A DNA stretch of 64,000 nucleotides from Octopus bimaculoides (GCF_001194135.2 NC_068982.1:27903075-27967074), one strand, 5' to 3'. Positions 39,285-52,838 are shown, counted from the stretch's first letter. The notes: generated by a model not told the origin, from the sequence alone. A program made the numbers and translations.

Positions 39285-40320
39285 GGTGTACAACCTGTTA
39301 TGATATTTAGGGCTCTGTTTTGTGTTCTATGTAGTCAATTGAAACACATTTTGATGAAGATTGGAGTTTACTTAACCCTTTTGAAACACATGGTGTTTTG
39401 GTATGTGTAGCCAAAAAGACCAAATTTTCATATATCAATAGGGGCTAAATCTGTCTCAGCATGTGGTCAATAGTGGATACTTGCTACTGAAGATGCTCAA
39501 ATTACAGAAATCTAGATTTAGTAATTCCACTGCCATCGGTGGATGCTTTTCATCTGCTAGACTTCTTTGCTTTTTTGCACTATATGAAATGCTTTCTTGA
39601 GATGAATACCACAGTTTTCTGGCTTTTTACAGTATATCCACATTAAATAACATATTCAGAATGCTGTATGTGTGTGTGTGTGTGCATGCATACCTACCTA
39701 CCTGCATGCATGCATACATACATACATTCATTCATTCATTCATTCATTCATTCATTGTATATCTTATATTGAATGTGAGCTTTTTATATCTATATCTGAT
39801 TATCAGGTCTTTCCCAGTTGATTTTCCATTTGCTAGTTCCACAACTATCAGGAGAGTTCCACTCTTCATGTAAAGTGCAAAATCTCTTATAAAAGAAACG
39901 ATTGCACAGTACTCACTCTATTGTTTCATTGCTAATTTAACCATACTGCATAATGGTTGTGTTGCTTATTTCCTTACATTCCAGGTTCTTTCTCTTCTAA
40001 GATGCCTGCATATCACACAAGAACGAAGCATTTTTAATCTTCCTGTATAAGCTTTCATAGTTATATACAGCTCGTGTGTTTCATACAAACCTACATTTGA
40101 TAGTCCTATATTCATGTACTTTCCTTTGATAAAGTTTTAAATTTATTGTTCATAGTTTGCATTTAAGAGCAATTTGTTTGCTTATGCATGTCTCTTATCT
40201 GCACTTCTTGTAGATTTTGAGTTGTTTTCATAAATTCATTGCTAATGGCTCTTATATAAACGATATTCACTTTCCATCAAATGTTAATACTCAGTTATCT
40301 GACATTTTTCCGTAGTCTAT

Positions 40321-40462
40321 CAGGTGTGGCTGTATGATAAGAAGTTTGTTACCCAACCACATGGTTTCAGGTTCAGTCCCACTGCAAGTGTCTTCTAATG
40401 CAGACCTGGGCTGACAGAAGCCTTGTGAGTGTACTTAGTAGACAGAAACTGAAAGAAGCCCA

Positions 40463-40508
<46 letters not shown>

Positions 40509-40721
40509 NNNNNNNNNNNNNTGTGTGAGGGGGTACTGAAAAGTTCCTGGTTTTAAAGGTATTGCAACCTTCTGAGTTTGATTACAGGGCTCAGAGAAAC
40601 TGAAGGACTACCTCAATAAATGTGTGAATCTGAGAGGGGAATATTCTGAATAAAATCATAGTTAACTGATCCTCCTGTATTTTCTTTTACTGAAAGCCAG
40701 GAACACATATATATACTTGTA

Positions 40722-40761
<40 letters not shown>

Positions 40762-41005
40762 ATTCATTACTGTCTACTTATCTTCACATTGCATGATAGT
40801 TGTGAGTGTTGCCATCATGCAATTGGTGTTCTTTATCTCCAGTCTTCTGTAGAAATATGTCTGGTCATGGGGAAATATTACTTCACTTAGTAACAGATGA
40901 GGGTTGGTGACAAAAAGGATATCCAGCCATAGAAATTGCACCTCAACAAATTCTGTCTGACCCATGAAAGCTTTGAAAAATGGATATTAAAATGATGATG
41001 ATGAT
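40321..41005 (+). mobile_element. tRNA-derived SINE (family A) split by a (TG)n tract and a mariner MITE
   Basis: Head 40321-40465. The tail 40760-41005 matches the tail of 14239-14585. Confidence 0.75.
40527..40704 (+). mobile_element. Short non-autonomous mariner derivative
   Basis: Left TIR gagggggtactgaaaagttcctggtttt and truncated right TIR aaagccaggaac. The interior encodes the transposase C-terminus KCVNLRGEYSE*. Confidence 0.7.
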
Positions 41006-41329
41006 TTCAATATTACTTAATAAGTGGAGATGAAAGATAGTCTGACCTTTATTGATCCAAGCATATACTGTGTGGAGATGAAGTGTGATTTATAACTATA
41101 TGGTTTAGTGTTTGTTACTAATGCACAGCATGATGAACGAGTACCTTCTACTACAGCACAGGCTTCCTCCAATCTTATGAGTGAAATTTCATGGCCAAAA
41201 ACCTTGTGGGAGCCTATGTGATATCTTGGTCTTAATCACAGGTCTTCTCGCATTGTGAAATGCAAAAGGTTGCAAGCCTGTGCTAGTCTGGTTGATCTAC
41301 CTCAGTTCTCTCCACTCTTGTCCAATTAG

Positions 41330-41870
41330 GTCTTCTGGACTATTTGGTACCAGGCATTCTTGGTCAAGCCCTTTTCCTATTTTACTTGTTCTGGAGTCCA
41401 TGTCATTGCAATCTTTGCTGGTCAAATGTCTGACAAGTGTAAAATTTGATCTGCTTGGTGAAACTGATACAGTAACATTGTGTTTTGCAGCAACTTGGAT
41501 TTGCTTTTCAGAAGAATTTCTTCATGTGTGATTCTATCTTGCATAGTAAATTTGCAGATCTTCCACAAACATAGTTGATGGAGTTAATGTCCAACTTCTT
41601 AGCTGTCTTTGTGAGTAATTTTTCATGTTTCAATGCTATACAAGACTGATGACCGAACATGTCCATTATAAAATCAGAACTTCAATGAACTGCTGATGCT
41701 TTTAATCCTGATTTGGCTCTTGCACTGGAATATAGATTTTGCTTTACCAATTCTACTATACACTCTATTTAGTATCCTTCTGTCACCACTGCCGAAGTAG
41801 GAAAATTATCCACTTCTTCCACAATCAATGAAAATTGAAGTTGAGTTGTGGTATTAATCTACCTCACCTG
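41330..41870 (-). pseudogene. Degenerate LINE (RTE-like) RT C-terminal fragment
   Basis: The minus strand gives IVEEVDNF (VE.V..F.YLG-like), RIGKAKS and later KKL...CLR-like segments, with many stops. Confidence 0.55.
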
Positions 41871-42034
41871 TGGAAAGGTCAAGTTTTTTCTTCTTCCTTA
41901 TTCTTCGTTATGAATGCAGTATAATATGTACCAGAGGAAGAAAATGGTCTGATGTAATTAATTGAATAAAACACTTGAGTGAAGTTGAATGACGGAAACA
42001 AATAAAAGAATGAAAGAGTACCTGTATGTATGTA

Positions 42035-42080
<46 letters not shown>

Positions 42081-43189
42081 TTATCAAAAGCAATGAGTCC
42101 AACAAAATACATTTTGCTTTACCTAGTGGCATGTCATGGACTAAATTACCAAAAGAATGACAGTTTCTTGTATACAGAAATCTATACAGAAAGGCAGATT
42201 TCTAAATATAAGTAACCATCATTCTTTTGATAATTTATTCCCTGATGTATTTTGTTAGATTTATTGTTTTACATGAAGCATATTGACACTTAGTCTTTGC
42301 ATTTCTAAGTGACCTGACCATGTTCCCATGAACTAGTAATCTCAGGATTATGTATGTATGTGTTTGCAACCATACAAACATTCATACATAATATGATAAA
42401 ATATACAAATATGGAATAAAGAAAACAGTGATACATGAAACTTTTGTAAATTTCAACATATAAATAGATCTTGTTTCTATTGCTTTGAATCCAAATTAAA
42501 TATATTTTATTTTATTCTACAGGAGGGATGCAAACAACTATAAATAATACCCAATAGACAAAGGACATGATGTAATCTCATTGTCATGCTTTGACATTTA
42601 ATTTTGAAACTAGAGAGGACATTATGAAGTTTACATGTAAACTCTTTACTCTTGTTATTTAGTAAATATTTATGTCATAAATAAGATTGATGTGAATCTG
42701 ATACTTATGAATTCTGTGAGTGATGGTTTTATCTTGTAGGATCATCATATTTTAAAGTTATAATGGCAGCTTCAGCTAATATAAAGTTTTTTTTTTTAAC
42801 TATACCACATGGTTAATATATCATTACATGAGACATCAAGAAATTTCTTTTCTATCTGCTGTAGCTGTTGTTGATGCCTTGTTGCTTTACTGTAATGTAA
42901 AGTAGGTAACCTAGTTAATAGGTCTCACAGACACAGCCATTCCTCAACTTCATTATTATGGTTTCAAGAATAAGGTCAAAAAATGAAGGAAAAGAGTTTT
43001 CGTCAATACCTCTCTAAATATCAAATACCTCATGCGTCTTTTCCCTTAGTTTACATTTTTGTTTCATGTCAGTGCATCTAGTTATGCATATGCATCTAAC
43101 TGAGTATGAGTGTTTGTGTGTGTGTCATCATCATCATCATCATCTGTGTGTTGCAAATAATTTATAAATTCATTTGCATTCACACGCAT

Positions 43190-43245
<56 letters not shown>

Positions 43246-43809
43246 CCACATATATATTTAACTTTCTTACAAACAAATACATGCAGACATAAGTAACAAA
43301 GTGCGTAATTTGACAATCCTCTGAATAATAGTAATCATAAATAGAAATTTGTCAGCATGTGATTTTTTTTGTTGTTTTTATTCAAAATTGTGTAAATGAC
43401 ATGCTTGCAGCATTATCCCCTTTTAAATCTTTCCATAATTCTCTATTCTATAGAAGTTGCAATTCAGTAAAATTTATATTTTTCGTGAGAATTTTTAATT
43501 ACTGAAATCACAATGTAGATGTGTTCATATTGTTTCTTCTTTTGTACTTTTGGTTGATAAATACTTGGTAATTAATCAATGACCTGACAGCAAGGTCAAA
43601 CAAATAGCTTTATTGTCTCTTTAATAAGTATTATTTAATAGAAATTACTGAAATTTTAAAGGAGATTCAGTTGTGTGAAATATAAGAGGATAATTTTTGT
43701 ATCATAAAATAGAAGACAGAAAAAGTATAATTAAAGGTAAAATAATCAGAAGAAAAGCTATTTGGAATATTCTGGATTAAGGAAACATTTCACATGAGCT
43801 TATAGCATG

Positions 43810-44150
43810 ATAAAACCAACACAGCTGTACCCAATGTAAGCTATGGACACATAAGAGGTGAGCAATATCAACAGGTGGTGTAAACAACAAATGGATGTAT
43901 TAGTTTAACGCTCGGGAATAGAGAAAGTCTTTAATGTTTCGAGCCTACACTCTTCAACAGAAAGGAACACAGAAAGAAATAAGGAGAGAAACAAGGAGAG
44001 AAAAAAATATGTGTAGTGGTCAGCGATCTATCATGGCGAATGCCAGACAGAAGGGTCACACAGGCGAGTTAAGAAGAAGGGGAGATAACAAAGTAGTAGT
44101 GATCCCAAAACGAAGGTGCGTGTGTGTGAGAGAATACTGGTGATCTTAAC
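43810..44150 (-). mobile_element. PLE-type pseudo-LTR (family 2) with variant hammerhead
   Basis: The minus strand of 43929-43964 reads CTTT-CTGTTGA-A-GAGT(gtag)GCTC-GAAA-CA-TT-AAAG. The PLE assignment is inferred from the motif type; no ORF is present. Confidence 0.55.
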
Positions 44151-44417
44151 GTATGCATGTGTGTATGTAGGTGTGAAGGTATGAAAATGTGGGGATGGGA
44201 ATTGGTCAGTGCTGGTGTGTACGTGGTGGTGTGTTGTGATGTGATGTGTTGTGTGATATGGTGTAGTGTGGTGTGATGTGATGGTGTTCGGAGGTGGGGG
44301 AGGCGAGAGTGGGGAAAGCATGGGTGGGGTGTGGGTTAGGCTGATGGTGGGCGTAGAGGTAGGGGTATGTGGGTAGGCAGAGGTTGGGGTTAGGTGGAGT
44401 ATGTGGATATGTATGTC

Positions 44418-44451
<34 letters not shown>

Positions 44452-44540
44452 ATATATATATATATATTTATATATGTGTATATGTATATATGTTATCTAT
44501 CTATATATAAATATATATATGTCATCTATATATGTATATA
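44150..44540. repeat. GT/G-rich low-complexity tract plus (TCTA)n and (TA)n microsatellites
   Basis: Seen directly in the sequence. Confidence 0.9.
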
Positions 44541-45101
44541 TATAATGTCATGTATATTATAAATATTATATGTGTACCCACATTTCTGTCAACTATACTA
44601 TCCTGTACCACAAGAAACTCAGCACTAAACACACACCAAACTTTACACGTAAAGTTTCCCTTGTGGTGCTTTTTAATCTCAGTATTGACAAGGCTGTTAA
44701 ATCTCAACAACAAACTCCGCTCTCTTACTGTAATTAATATTATAGCATAACATTACTGAATGTTTTTACGATGATAGTGATTATTGAAGAAATCATAAGC
44801 TTAATCCAGCCTTCCTTGTCACTTAGCTTTAGGAATATTTATACATCTACTCTTAGCCGCCTCTCCAATTATTGTTGTTATTAGGTTTGAGTGACTAAAC
44901 ACAAAACAGGTTATGTAATCTAACTAGAAGTGCTTAAGTGAAAATCTACAAATCAAATAAATTATTAACACAAATTAAAAAAAAAAAAACTCACACAGTC
45001 ACAAATATGTATTCCCTGATGTAAAAGTCAATTTTAACATTAATCTCAAGTTGAATTGTCGAGTTTTGTTAACAAAAATGCAGGAATTATAAATGAAGGA
45101 A

Positions 45102-45132
<31 letters not shown>

Positions 45133-45224
45133 AGGAAGTAATTGGCAGAATCATTAGCATGCTGGACAAAATGCTTAGTGGCATTTTGTCCATGATTATG
45201 TTTTGGGCTCAAATTCCACTGAGG

Positions 45225-45273
<49 letters not shown>

Positions 45274-45394
45274 CATCACCACCATTATTTTCATTGATGC
45301 TTTTACTCTAGCAGATCTTATACTGGTACTATACTAAAAGAGTGAGTCATATCCAATGGACAAAGGTCTTTTGGATCATTCCTTCTCCTTCAAC

Positions 45395-46765
45395 TTTCTA
45401 CCACCCTCCTTAGAATCGCTGCCGTTCCTAACAAGGCTGTTTTCTGCAACAGCTCCATTCAGATGTTAATTCCTTGCTTCTCAAGACATATCCAACCTTT
45501 TACTTACTGCCCCCAGTGTACCAACATCAACCAGTATCACTTCTACATGTCTGATTCTCTATAGTTTCCTGATTTCCCATTCAGCTTTTGATATTTCTCT
45601 ACTTTCTTACTTTCTTTCTCATTCATCCTGTGTTTCCACAGCAAAGCCATATCCACAATAATTGCATTTTCCTTCTTTTCTATGACAGCAATGTCAAGTT
45701 TTCTAGCCACAAAAAGATGGTTACACTGGATGGCCATATTCCATAAGATCTTAAATTGTTCTTTTCCAGCAACCTTTTCCAGTTGGTGCTCATACTATTT
45801 CTCACTTCTGCTCATGGTATACTTAAGACAGAGAGCTTCCAGTGAACCAATCTGACAATGTTGTCATGCCTTCTCTTGTACTCTTTTTGTGCGTGCATCT
45901 TACATTCACTAATAATGTGGTTTATTGTTTCACCTTTCTTACCACACAACTGACTTGTCAAGATTGAACATGATATAGTTGTTCTCAGTGTCTGTCCATG
46001 GGCTGTGAAGATAAGGGTTTCAGTTTCAACTCTCAAGCTACTTTTCCTAATCCATTCCCTAGATATTATTTTAGTCAACTGTTTCAGGCATTTCCTGTAA
46101 GAATTGCCCATACGTTTTCTTTTCTTTCCATCTATCCAAAGTGTCATTCTCTCAGTCTTGTTTAAATTCTCTTTTCCTTTGCTTCATCATTGCTTAGGAT
46201 TTTTATATTTCTTGCTCCTGCCATCAATTTATCCTTTGAATTCTTTACATATCATACCAGATTATTTTTCTCAGAATTCACACACAATTCACAGCTAATG
46301 AAACCTCTTCCTCCTCTCTGTCACTTTTGAGGTGTAGAACCCTTTATAGTGTCATTATTTTCCTGGTCTTTTTATCATGCTCCTAAAGTTCATCAGTTCT
46401 CCATTCTGCCACACCAGCTTGGAGCTGCAACTACCCATGTGTTGACAGCCAGTATCCTATTCCTACCATTTAACTTTACCTTTAACATCAATTTCAGTCT
46501 TCATTTATATTCCTTTGATATCAGCTCTTTCGTTTCCTTCTCTTTGATTTGGTCTGTTTCCAGGATGTCTAAGTACTTATTCCCATTGTTGTCAATTTCT
46601 TCCATAACTTCCCTGTCTGGTGATATAATTCCTTCCATCTTATCAATTCTATCTCTCTTCAGTAGTAGCACCCCACACTTTTTTACACCACATTCCTTCC
46701 CTATGTCCATGCTGAATGTACGAACTGTCTGTCTGTCCATCATCACCATCAGTATTATTATTTCT
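45395..46765 (-). pseudogene. R4/Dong-like non-LTR retrotransposon remnant (RT tail, CCHC knuckle, restriction-like endonuclease)
   Basis: RTFSMDIGKECGVKKC...KYLDILE (46501-46818), ETETLIF...CGKKGETINHIISECK..KEYKRRHD (45812-46147), RKLDIAVIEKK..IIVD..EKESKKVEKYQKL (45543-45737), then VGTLGAV. Confidence 0.88.
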
Positions 46766-46769
46766 AAGT

Positions 46770-46985
46770 GGTGAGCTGGCAGAATCATTAGCACGCTGGG
46801 CAAAATGCTTAGCAGCATTTCATTTGTCTTTATGTTCTGGGTTCAAATTTCACTGAAGCTGACTTTACATTTCTTCCATTTGGGGTCAGTGAAATAATTA
46901 CCAGTTGAGCACTGGGGGTAATGTAATTGATTAACTTCCTCCCATAAAAAAATTTCAGTCTTGTACTTATTGAAGAAAGGATTAA
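46770..46985 (+). mobile_element. tRNA-derived SINE (family B)
   Basis: ggtgagctggcagaatcattagcacgctgggcaaaatgcttagc...gggttcaaattt...gagcactggggg. Confidence 0.85.
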
Positions 46986-49019
46986 CATAGGAGTATTAGC
47001 ATAGCTACAGGAAAACTAGCAAGCAGTCCACTCTGGATAACATCTTTTGGGGGAAATACTTTTAATTTGTATTTTGCTTTGTTTTTCAGTGGAGAGGCAG
47101 AACTTTCAAGGGCTGTCCCCTTCCTTCCCATACTACACAAACTCTAGCTATACCACTGCATAAGAGTAAATGTAGTTGGAAGTGATGAGGAAAAAACAGT
47201 TTATATAGGATGGGAAAAGATCAGAGAAGTGACAAGTCAGTGTCAGTACACTCGAGGTATTAAAATGGAGTGAGCTGTATTTCAACTTTTGCTGTAATAG
47301 AAGGACGGATTGCAGCTATTCATGAGAGGTTTGTCTGGATATTCTTATCTCAGACATTGTCAAAAGCTTTTCTGATACTGTGAGCAATTACTCTGATTTT
47401 GCTGATTTTTTTACAAATGCAAGAGATCTAGTTTTAATTTTCAGTTGGAACCTATTTCAATTACATTACTAATGCCCTTAGAAAAGACATGATGTTATGA
47501 AGGTTGTTTTCTTTCCTGAATAAATTTGTGACTTCATGCCCCTAGAGAAAAAAAAATGTTAATGCTTATTTGGTGGTGTGTGAATGTGTCTGGATATCCA
47601 TAAATGTTTATGTGTAATTATAATTACTCACATTGTGTATATGCATGAATATAACTTTGCTAATATCTAATGTTTATGTAAATATTTAAACGATTGATTA
47701 GATTTATATACGTATTTGAGTTTGCTTTTAATAATTAGGTACATGAAATGGTGACATTTCTATAAGTAATAAATTAGACTGTAATGTGGTGGGAAAGCAA
47801 CAACTGAAAACTAATTCAAGTGACTCTTCTGACTGTTTGCCTTTAGCAGTATTTCATTAACTAGCTGCCAACTAATTGATTGTTGCTAGCAGAAATGTGA
47901 GTATGACTATACATGCTGCCGTGTCTATATATTCTTTTTAATATATTATTATATAGTTGTAAAGCCATAAATTTATAGAAGCGTAAAATGGAGTATATTG
48001 TGATGTCCATACCTTTCAAGAAAGGTATTAGAAGTATAGATGAGAACTGTCTCTAACCAGCAATTGGAACTACCTTACAAAATGAGCTCATTAACTGCTG
48101 GTCCCTTACTCTGTAATAATCATTGTGTTTTTATTACTATTTAATTTGAGGCTGGGTTAGCCTTTTACTGTTAGCCTTTTTATTCTCTTAGAGTTAAAGA
48201 CAAGTACTTATAAATAGTTAATGCAACATGTATTTTGTATGAGTGTTTGATTGGGAGTTTCAGAAGAACTGGCTGAGAAAGGACTGGGGAAAGAAAAAGT
48301 GCTTAATGAGGAGTTTAGTGTTGAAACAACTAAATGAGCAACAAATGGAGTTAATGTATAGAGTTAGGGAGTTATAGGGACAAAGCTGGTGTTGTACAGT
48401 AGAAATAATAGAGAAATGTCACATCTTGATTTATGAAAAGTGTTCATGAATTAAAAAAATGTTTATAAGTATTTTATTTAAAGTTAATATATCTCTGTCT
48501 CTTTCCATCACTATTTTGGTTTATTGTTTTGTAGGCTTTCTTCATTGCTATGGGTTTTAAATATTTGATAAATGGGGAAACTATCCATCTTAATGCCCAT
48601 TGTAGTTGAAGTTGAGAATTCTCTCCTCAGCCCCCACATTTTCAACTAAGGGGTTTTCTTACAATTCTGGTTATCTCTTTTTATTCCCTGTGTTGATGAC
48701 ATATTCATGTAAGTTCTTACTATGTGCTCTGAGAAACACATTACAGTACACTGAACACTCCCCACAACTTCAACACCACTTAACTGACATGCACATCTTT
48801 CATAAAAGGGGACTTTCAATCTATCTTTCAACAAATATAAGACAACCTACTCATATCTCAGATATGTACCTATATCATGCTATTTGTTCCTTCAAAAATA
48901 CTCTGACCTCTCTTGACAGTCACATTTTAATAAATGTTTTAACATTATCTAACTGTGTATATTCTCCAATCTCTCAAACTGAATTTAAGGTTCAATCCTG
49001 TATACAGTGTCACTAAAAC

Positions 49020-49300
49020 AGAAGGGAAGGATGTAAGCTGCACGTGTGAGAAGTGTTTTGATGTATGAAAGTAAGTAAGGAATGTAGAGTAGCAGAAAAA
49101 TCTTGACAAATCAGAAATGAAAATGGTTTGGTGGATAAGCAGAGTATTACTGAGAAGGGGAAAGACAAAATGAATTGCAGTGAACGATGGGAATTGAACC
49201 AATGGTAGATGTTTTGTAAAAAATGGGATAAGACAGTTGAGTCATGTGCTGAAGAAGGATGGAAGTGACTAGGTGGGAGGAGTGATGGAAATGAATGTAA
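49020..49300 (+). pseudogene. Degenerate RTE LINE 3' coding fragment
   Basis: CVRSVLMYESK-like and EMKMVWW-like segments (cf. CVRS.llYgsE.W...Em.mlRW). Confidence 0.5.
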
Positions 49301-50039
49301 AGGGAAGTAGTAGACATCAAAGGCAGAGGAAGACAAAGCTGAAGATGATGGAAGAAGAAATGAGAGGCAGTAGAAAGTGAGGAAGAAAGAGAATAAGACA
49401 AAATGGAACAGATTATCATGGGGCTCAGAAGACTATCCCTTGCTTTAGCATGGAATAATTATCATAAAATGTTTGTTGTTGTATTATGTCTTGGATACAG
49501 TGTCTGAGAAGATGAGATGAGCATGACTGGAATATGTTTATTATAAGTTTACTTGATCAGGTTGACCTGAGATAAAACAAAAATAATGACAAATGTTACT
49601 TTTGATTTTTGTAGCTTGTTTTCTGGTCCATTTCAGTAATCTTGCTGAACCATTTACACTTATGTAATCTCTTGTGTAAAGAGCAGGACAGCAATATGAA
49701 AAATAAAAAGAAAAAATCAAGAATGTATTCCATCCTATAAGAGCTATCTATAAATTATACTGCAAGTAGTTTGTGACCATCTTGAAATATATACTATATA
49801 ATTTCATCTAGCATTATGGCTTGAAATAATAGACAAGAAAACCAATTTCAAGAATGCCATGTAAAATGCAATGCTGTGAAAGTCAGTCTGTGGCTATTTC
49901 TAACTCTTGGATATTTTGAATAAAAACAAATGAATGTAGTGACATTTAGTGCTGTTTTTCTTTTTAGAATGCTGAATAATCTCAAATAGACCATACATTG
50001 CAGAATATCAAATTATCCTAAATGTGTTTCTTATTCAGA

Positions 50040-50306
50040 ATGAATGCACCACTACTACCTCCTATTGGCCAAGCCCATGATTCGCCTTATCAAGGAATTT
50101 TCCAACTTGATACAATTGAAGGTCGCTTACAGCAGCAAGAGCGATTGTCAGAAGTTCTGATTAATCAAGCTTTGAAAATTAAGGAAGAAATCCTCCAAGA
50201 ATTAAGAGATGGTTCTGGTGCAAAAGTGCAACCAGCTAAACTGATGCTTAAGGAACATATTGCCATGATAACAAATGTTGTCAACAGTTTGAATCATGAT
50301 ATACAG
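50040..50306 (+). CDS. FAM81A: FAM81A/B-like coiled-coil protein, N-terminal coding exon (exon 50039-50306)
   Basis: Acceptor tttcttattcAG (50037-38) and donor CAG|GTAATC (50307). Peptide IEGRLQQQERLSEVLINQALKIKEEILQEL...AKLMLKEHIAMITNVVNSLNHDIQ matches, from recall, human FAM81A [30 protein letters not shown]...[24 protein letters not shown]. A versus B cannot be resolved. Confidence 0.85.
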
Positions 50307-52519
50307 GTAATCATTTTAATCACTAAAGTTTCATTGACCTAATTTGCTTATATAAAACAACTAATGGCCTTGGCCTGCGACATAAAAGAAAAGTAACATG
50401 ATATGAAGCATGTTTACTTTAGTTTGTTATTCCAAAAAAGTTAATAACCAATAAAAAAGGACTCTGAAGATATGTGAAGTTCTCAATAAGGCATTGGTGA
50501 AGGACACTTGATGTTCAAAGAAATAAATCCTGATACTAAGTAGTTGCTATATTAACAGTAAACAGTAGCACAATTCATGTCTTAAAAGAGCTCTCTCTCT
50601 TTCTTTCTCTCTCTCTCTCCCTCTCTATCTCTCCCTCTCTCTCTCTCTCTCTCTCTCAACCCACAAAAATTCAGAAATACCTCTGCCTCTCTTTTTTTTT
50701 TTTCTATTCCAGTTATGTATTCTCTGCTACATGTTATGCATTCTCTGCAACATGTAACTAACTTTAGACCTTTCTTTCAAATTTACTAATCTTTTATAAA
50801 CAGGGAATCCATCAAAATAGTCTTATAAACTGAACTAGAATTTTGGCACTAGTTGATATCACCAGGAAGCAAAACCATAGTACTGAAATTACTCTACTTA
50901 TGAACAATATCCATCATCATCATCTATATCTGTTTTCCATGCTGTCATAAGTTGGATGGTTTAACAGGATCCTGTGAGCTGCAGGGCTGCACCAAGCTTC
51001 AGTGTTGCTTTGGCATGGTTTCTATAGTTGGATGCCCTTCCTAATGCCACTTCTGAAAATTTATTCAAAGATATTAACAATCTAACTTTATCCTCTACTT
51101 TCTTTTGAGCAACACAAACTAAAACCATTACAAACTCCAAAAATAATATCCCCGCGGCCCACCTTAATTTGCCATGACCTATCATAACAGTTATACATTT
51201 ATAACATGGTTGAATTAATGTCCCAACAATTAGGTTTCCTCTCCCAATCAATAAATTACCTCAGTCCTGAACAGCTACTGACTTTTGACAAGCCCCAGGT
51301 GTATGTCACATTAAAATAATACTCACATACTCCTGGAATTGTACAGATTCTACCCACACAAACATTCAAGATTGCATCCCAAAATGACCATGTGGCCCTG
51401 TGGCACATAACCATTCTGTTGTGTTCTTTTTCTGACTCTTCTACCATTACTACAACAGGGTGTAATTTCGTTGCTCAACCTCCTCCTTTTATTATCCCTT
51501 GCATCCTGTCTCACAAATCTATCTTAAACACTTTGCTTATCCCTAAAATTGCAATTCCCTGGAAGTTCCCCTTTGACAAATTTTTCCTCACAGACATCGA
51601 GATGAACATCAATAGCATCAACTTCACCTGTCTGGAAAGGCCCGTAGAAAGTGTAGGCTCTAACCTGTCTCATACTAAATAATAAAACAAATCTTTTATG
51701 CAGGTCCTATAAACTTCACTTAGTTAAATTTTTGTGATAAATTCTGGATTTTGTCTTCTCTTCCAAATTATATTTCTACCCAGAATATCTTTTAACCCAT
51801 ATGAAAACCAAGATGTATTTTCTTCATTAGAAAATAGAGCTCGCATATCTGGTATTGTATATAAACAGTATATATATCTTGTAAGAAATCACTAGATGAA
51901 AGACAAGCTAACATTCACTAAAATTATTAAACTATTTGCCCACTGTTAAATTTCATATTTCATTTATCAGATGTTCCTTTGAATGGTTATCATTTAGTAG
52001 TTAGAAATTCTAGATTGAAATTCTAGAGAGGGGAACATCTGAGTAACAAGAGTTGGTCAAAAGTTTTTACATGGACTCTAGATACTGAGAAACTTTAAAA
52101 ATTGACAAACTTACATTAAAGTTGGAATTTGATATACTGTTAGCTCACACTAATTTTCAGTAACTTTAATCTCAAATCCTTTTAGTTTGTAAAAGGAGCT
52201 AAAAGTGGTAGAAAAGAATAAGAAATATGTATCATAATTTACATTGAATATAACTTTTACCATTTCATCATCGGTCAGCTCTTGTTAATTTCCAGTATTT
52301 TTCAGTCAATTTCTTAGCGTCCATCTTCCTTATATCTCTGTATCCTCTCATAGTTCTTGATCTGATATTTTCAGTTTCATTCCTTACCACAGTTTTAGTT
52401 TTTCCTGACACAAATTATCATTTATTTCCACATCTCTCCAGCTTTTCCAAATTAGTCCAGTCTTTCCAGCAGATACATGCAGATGATTATTTCCTATTTA
52501 AAACAAATGGTAAGGTAGT

Positions 52520-52838
52520 GGTGGTGGGGCTCTGAAAGGGGTGTCAGGAAGTAACGTCCCAGCCTTCCTGAGCTAGTTTTCCACCACATTTGGTCTCAGG
52601 ACCACTCATGTCTAGAAACTGAGGTTGAGGGTAAGCAAGGGCATGCTCCCTGTAGAAAATCCAGCTCCAAAAAAGCCTCATGGTAGCAAAGGAGAATGGA
52701 CACCAGCCAGCCAGCCCAAAGGTTGAGGTGGGCTGCACCTTGCTACCTTGGTTGCTATGGCATTGAGGTAGATCTGGCGACCCCCGTTAAAGAGGACAAA
52801 ACTTGGATTTAAAACACAGGATGATGATGATGATGATA
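52520..52838 (+). mobile_element. GC-richer retroposon ending in (GAT)n, RTE-associated
   Basis: gggcatgctccctgtagaaaatccagctccaaaaaagcctcatgg body and a gatgatgatgatgat tail at about 52820. Confidence 0.55.

Noticed and set aside
42523-42770. Good polypyrimidine-AG acceptors (42522, about 42739) as extra FAM81-like 5' exons
   Set aside because: No convincing donor or coding signal; needs RNA-seq.
44280-44400. G-run-rich tract with G-quadruplex potential; (GC)n(CA)n Z-DNA-prone tracts near 19120 and 27945
   Set aside because: Generic low-complexity sequence, with no evidence of function.
52518-52588. Nested stems (gtggtgg/ccaccac, tcaggaag/cttcctga) at the 5' end of an RTE-associated repeat, possible HDV-like ribozyme
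   Set aside because: The P3/L3/P1.1 geometry does not fit the HDV fold by eye.
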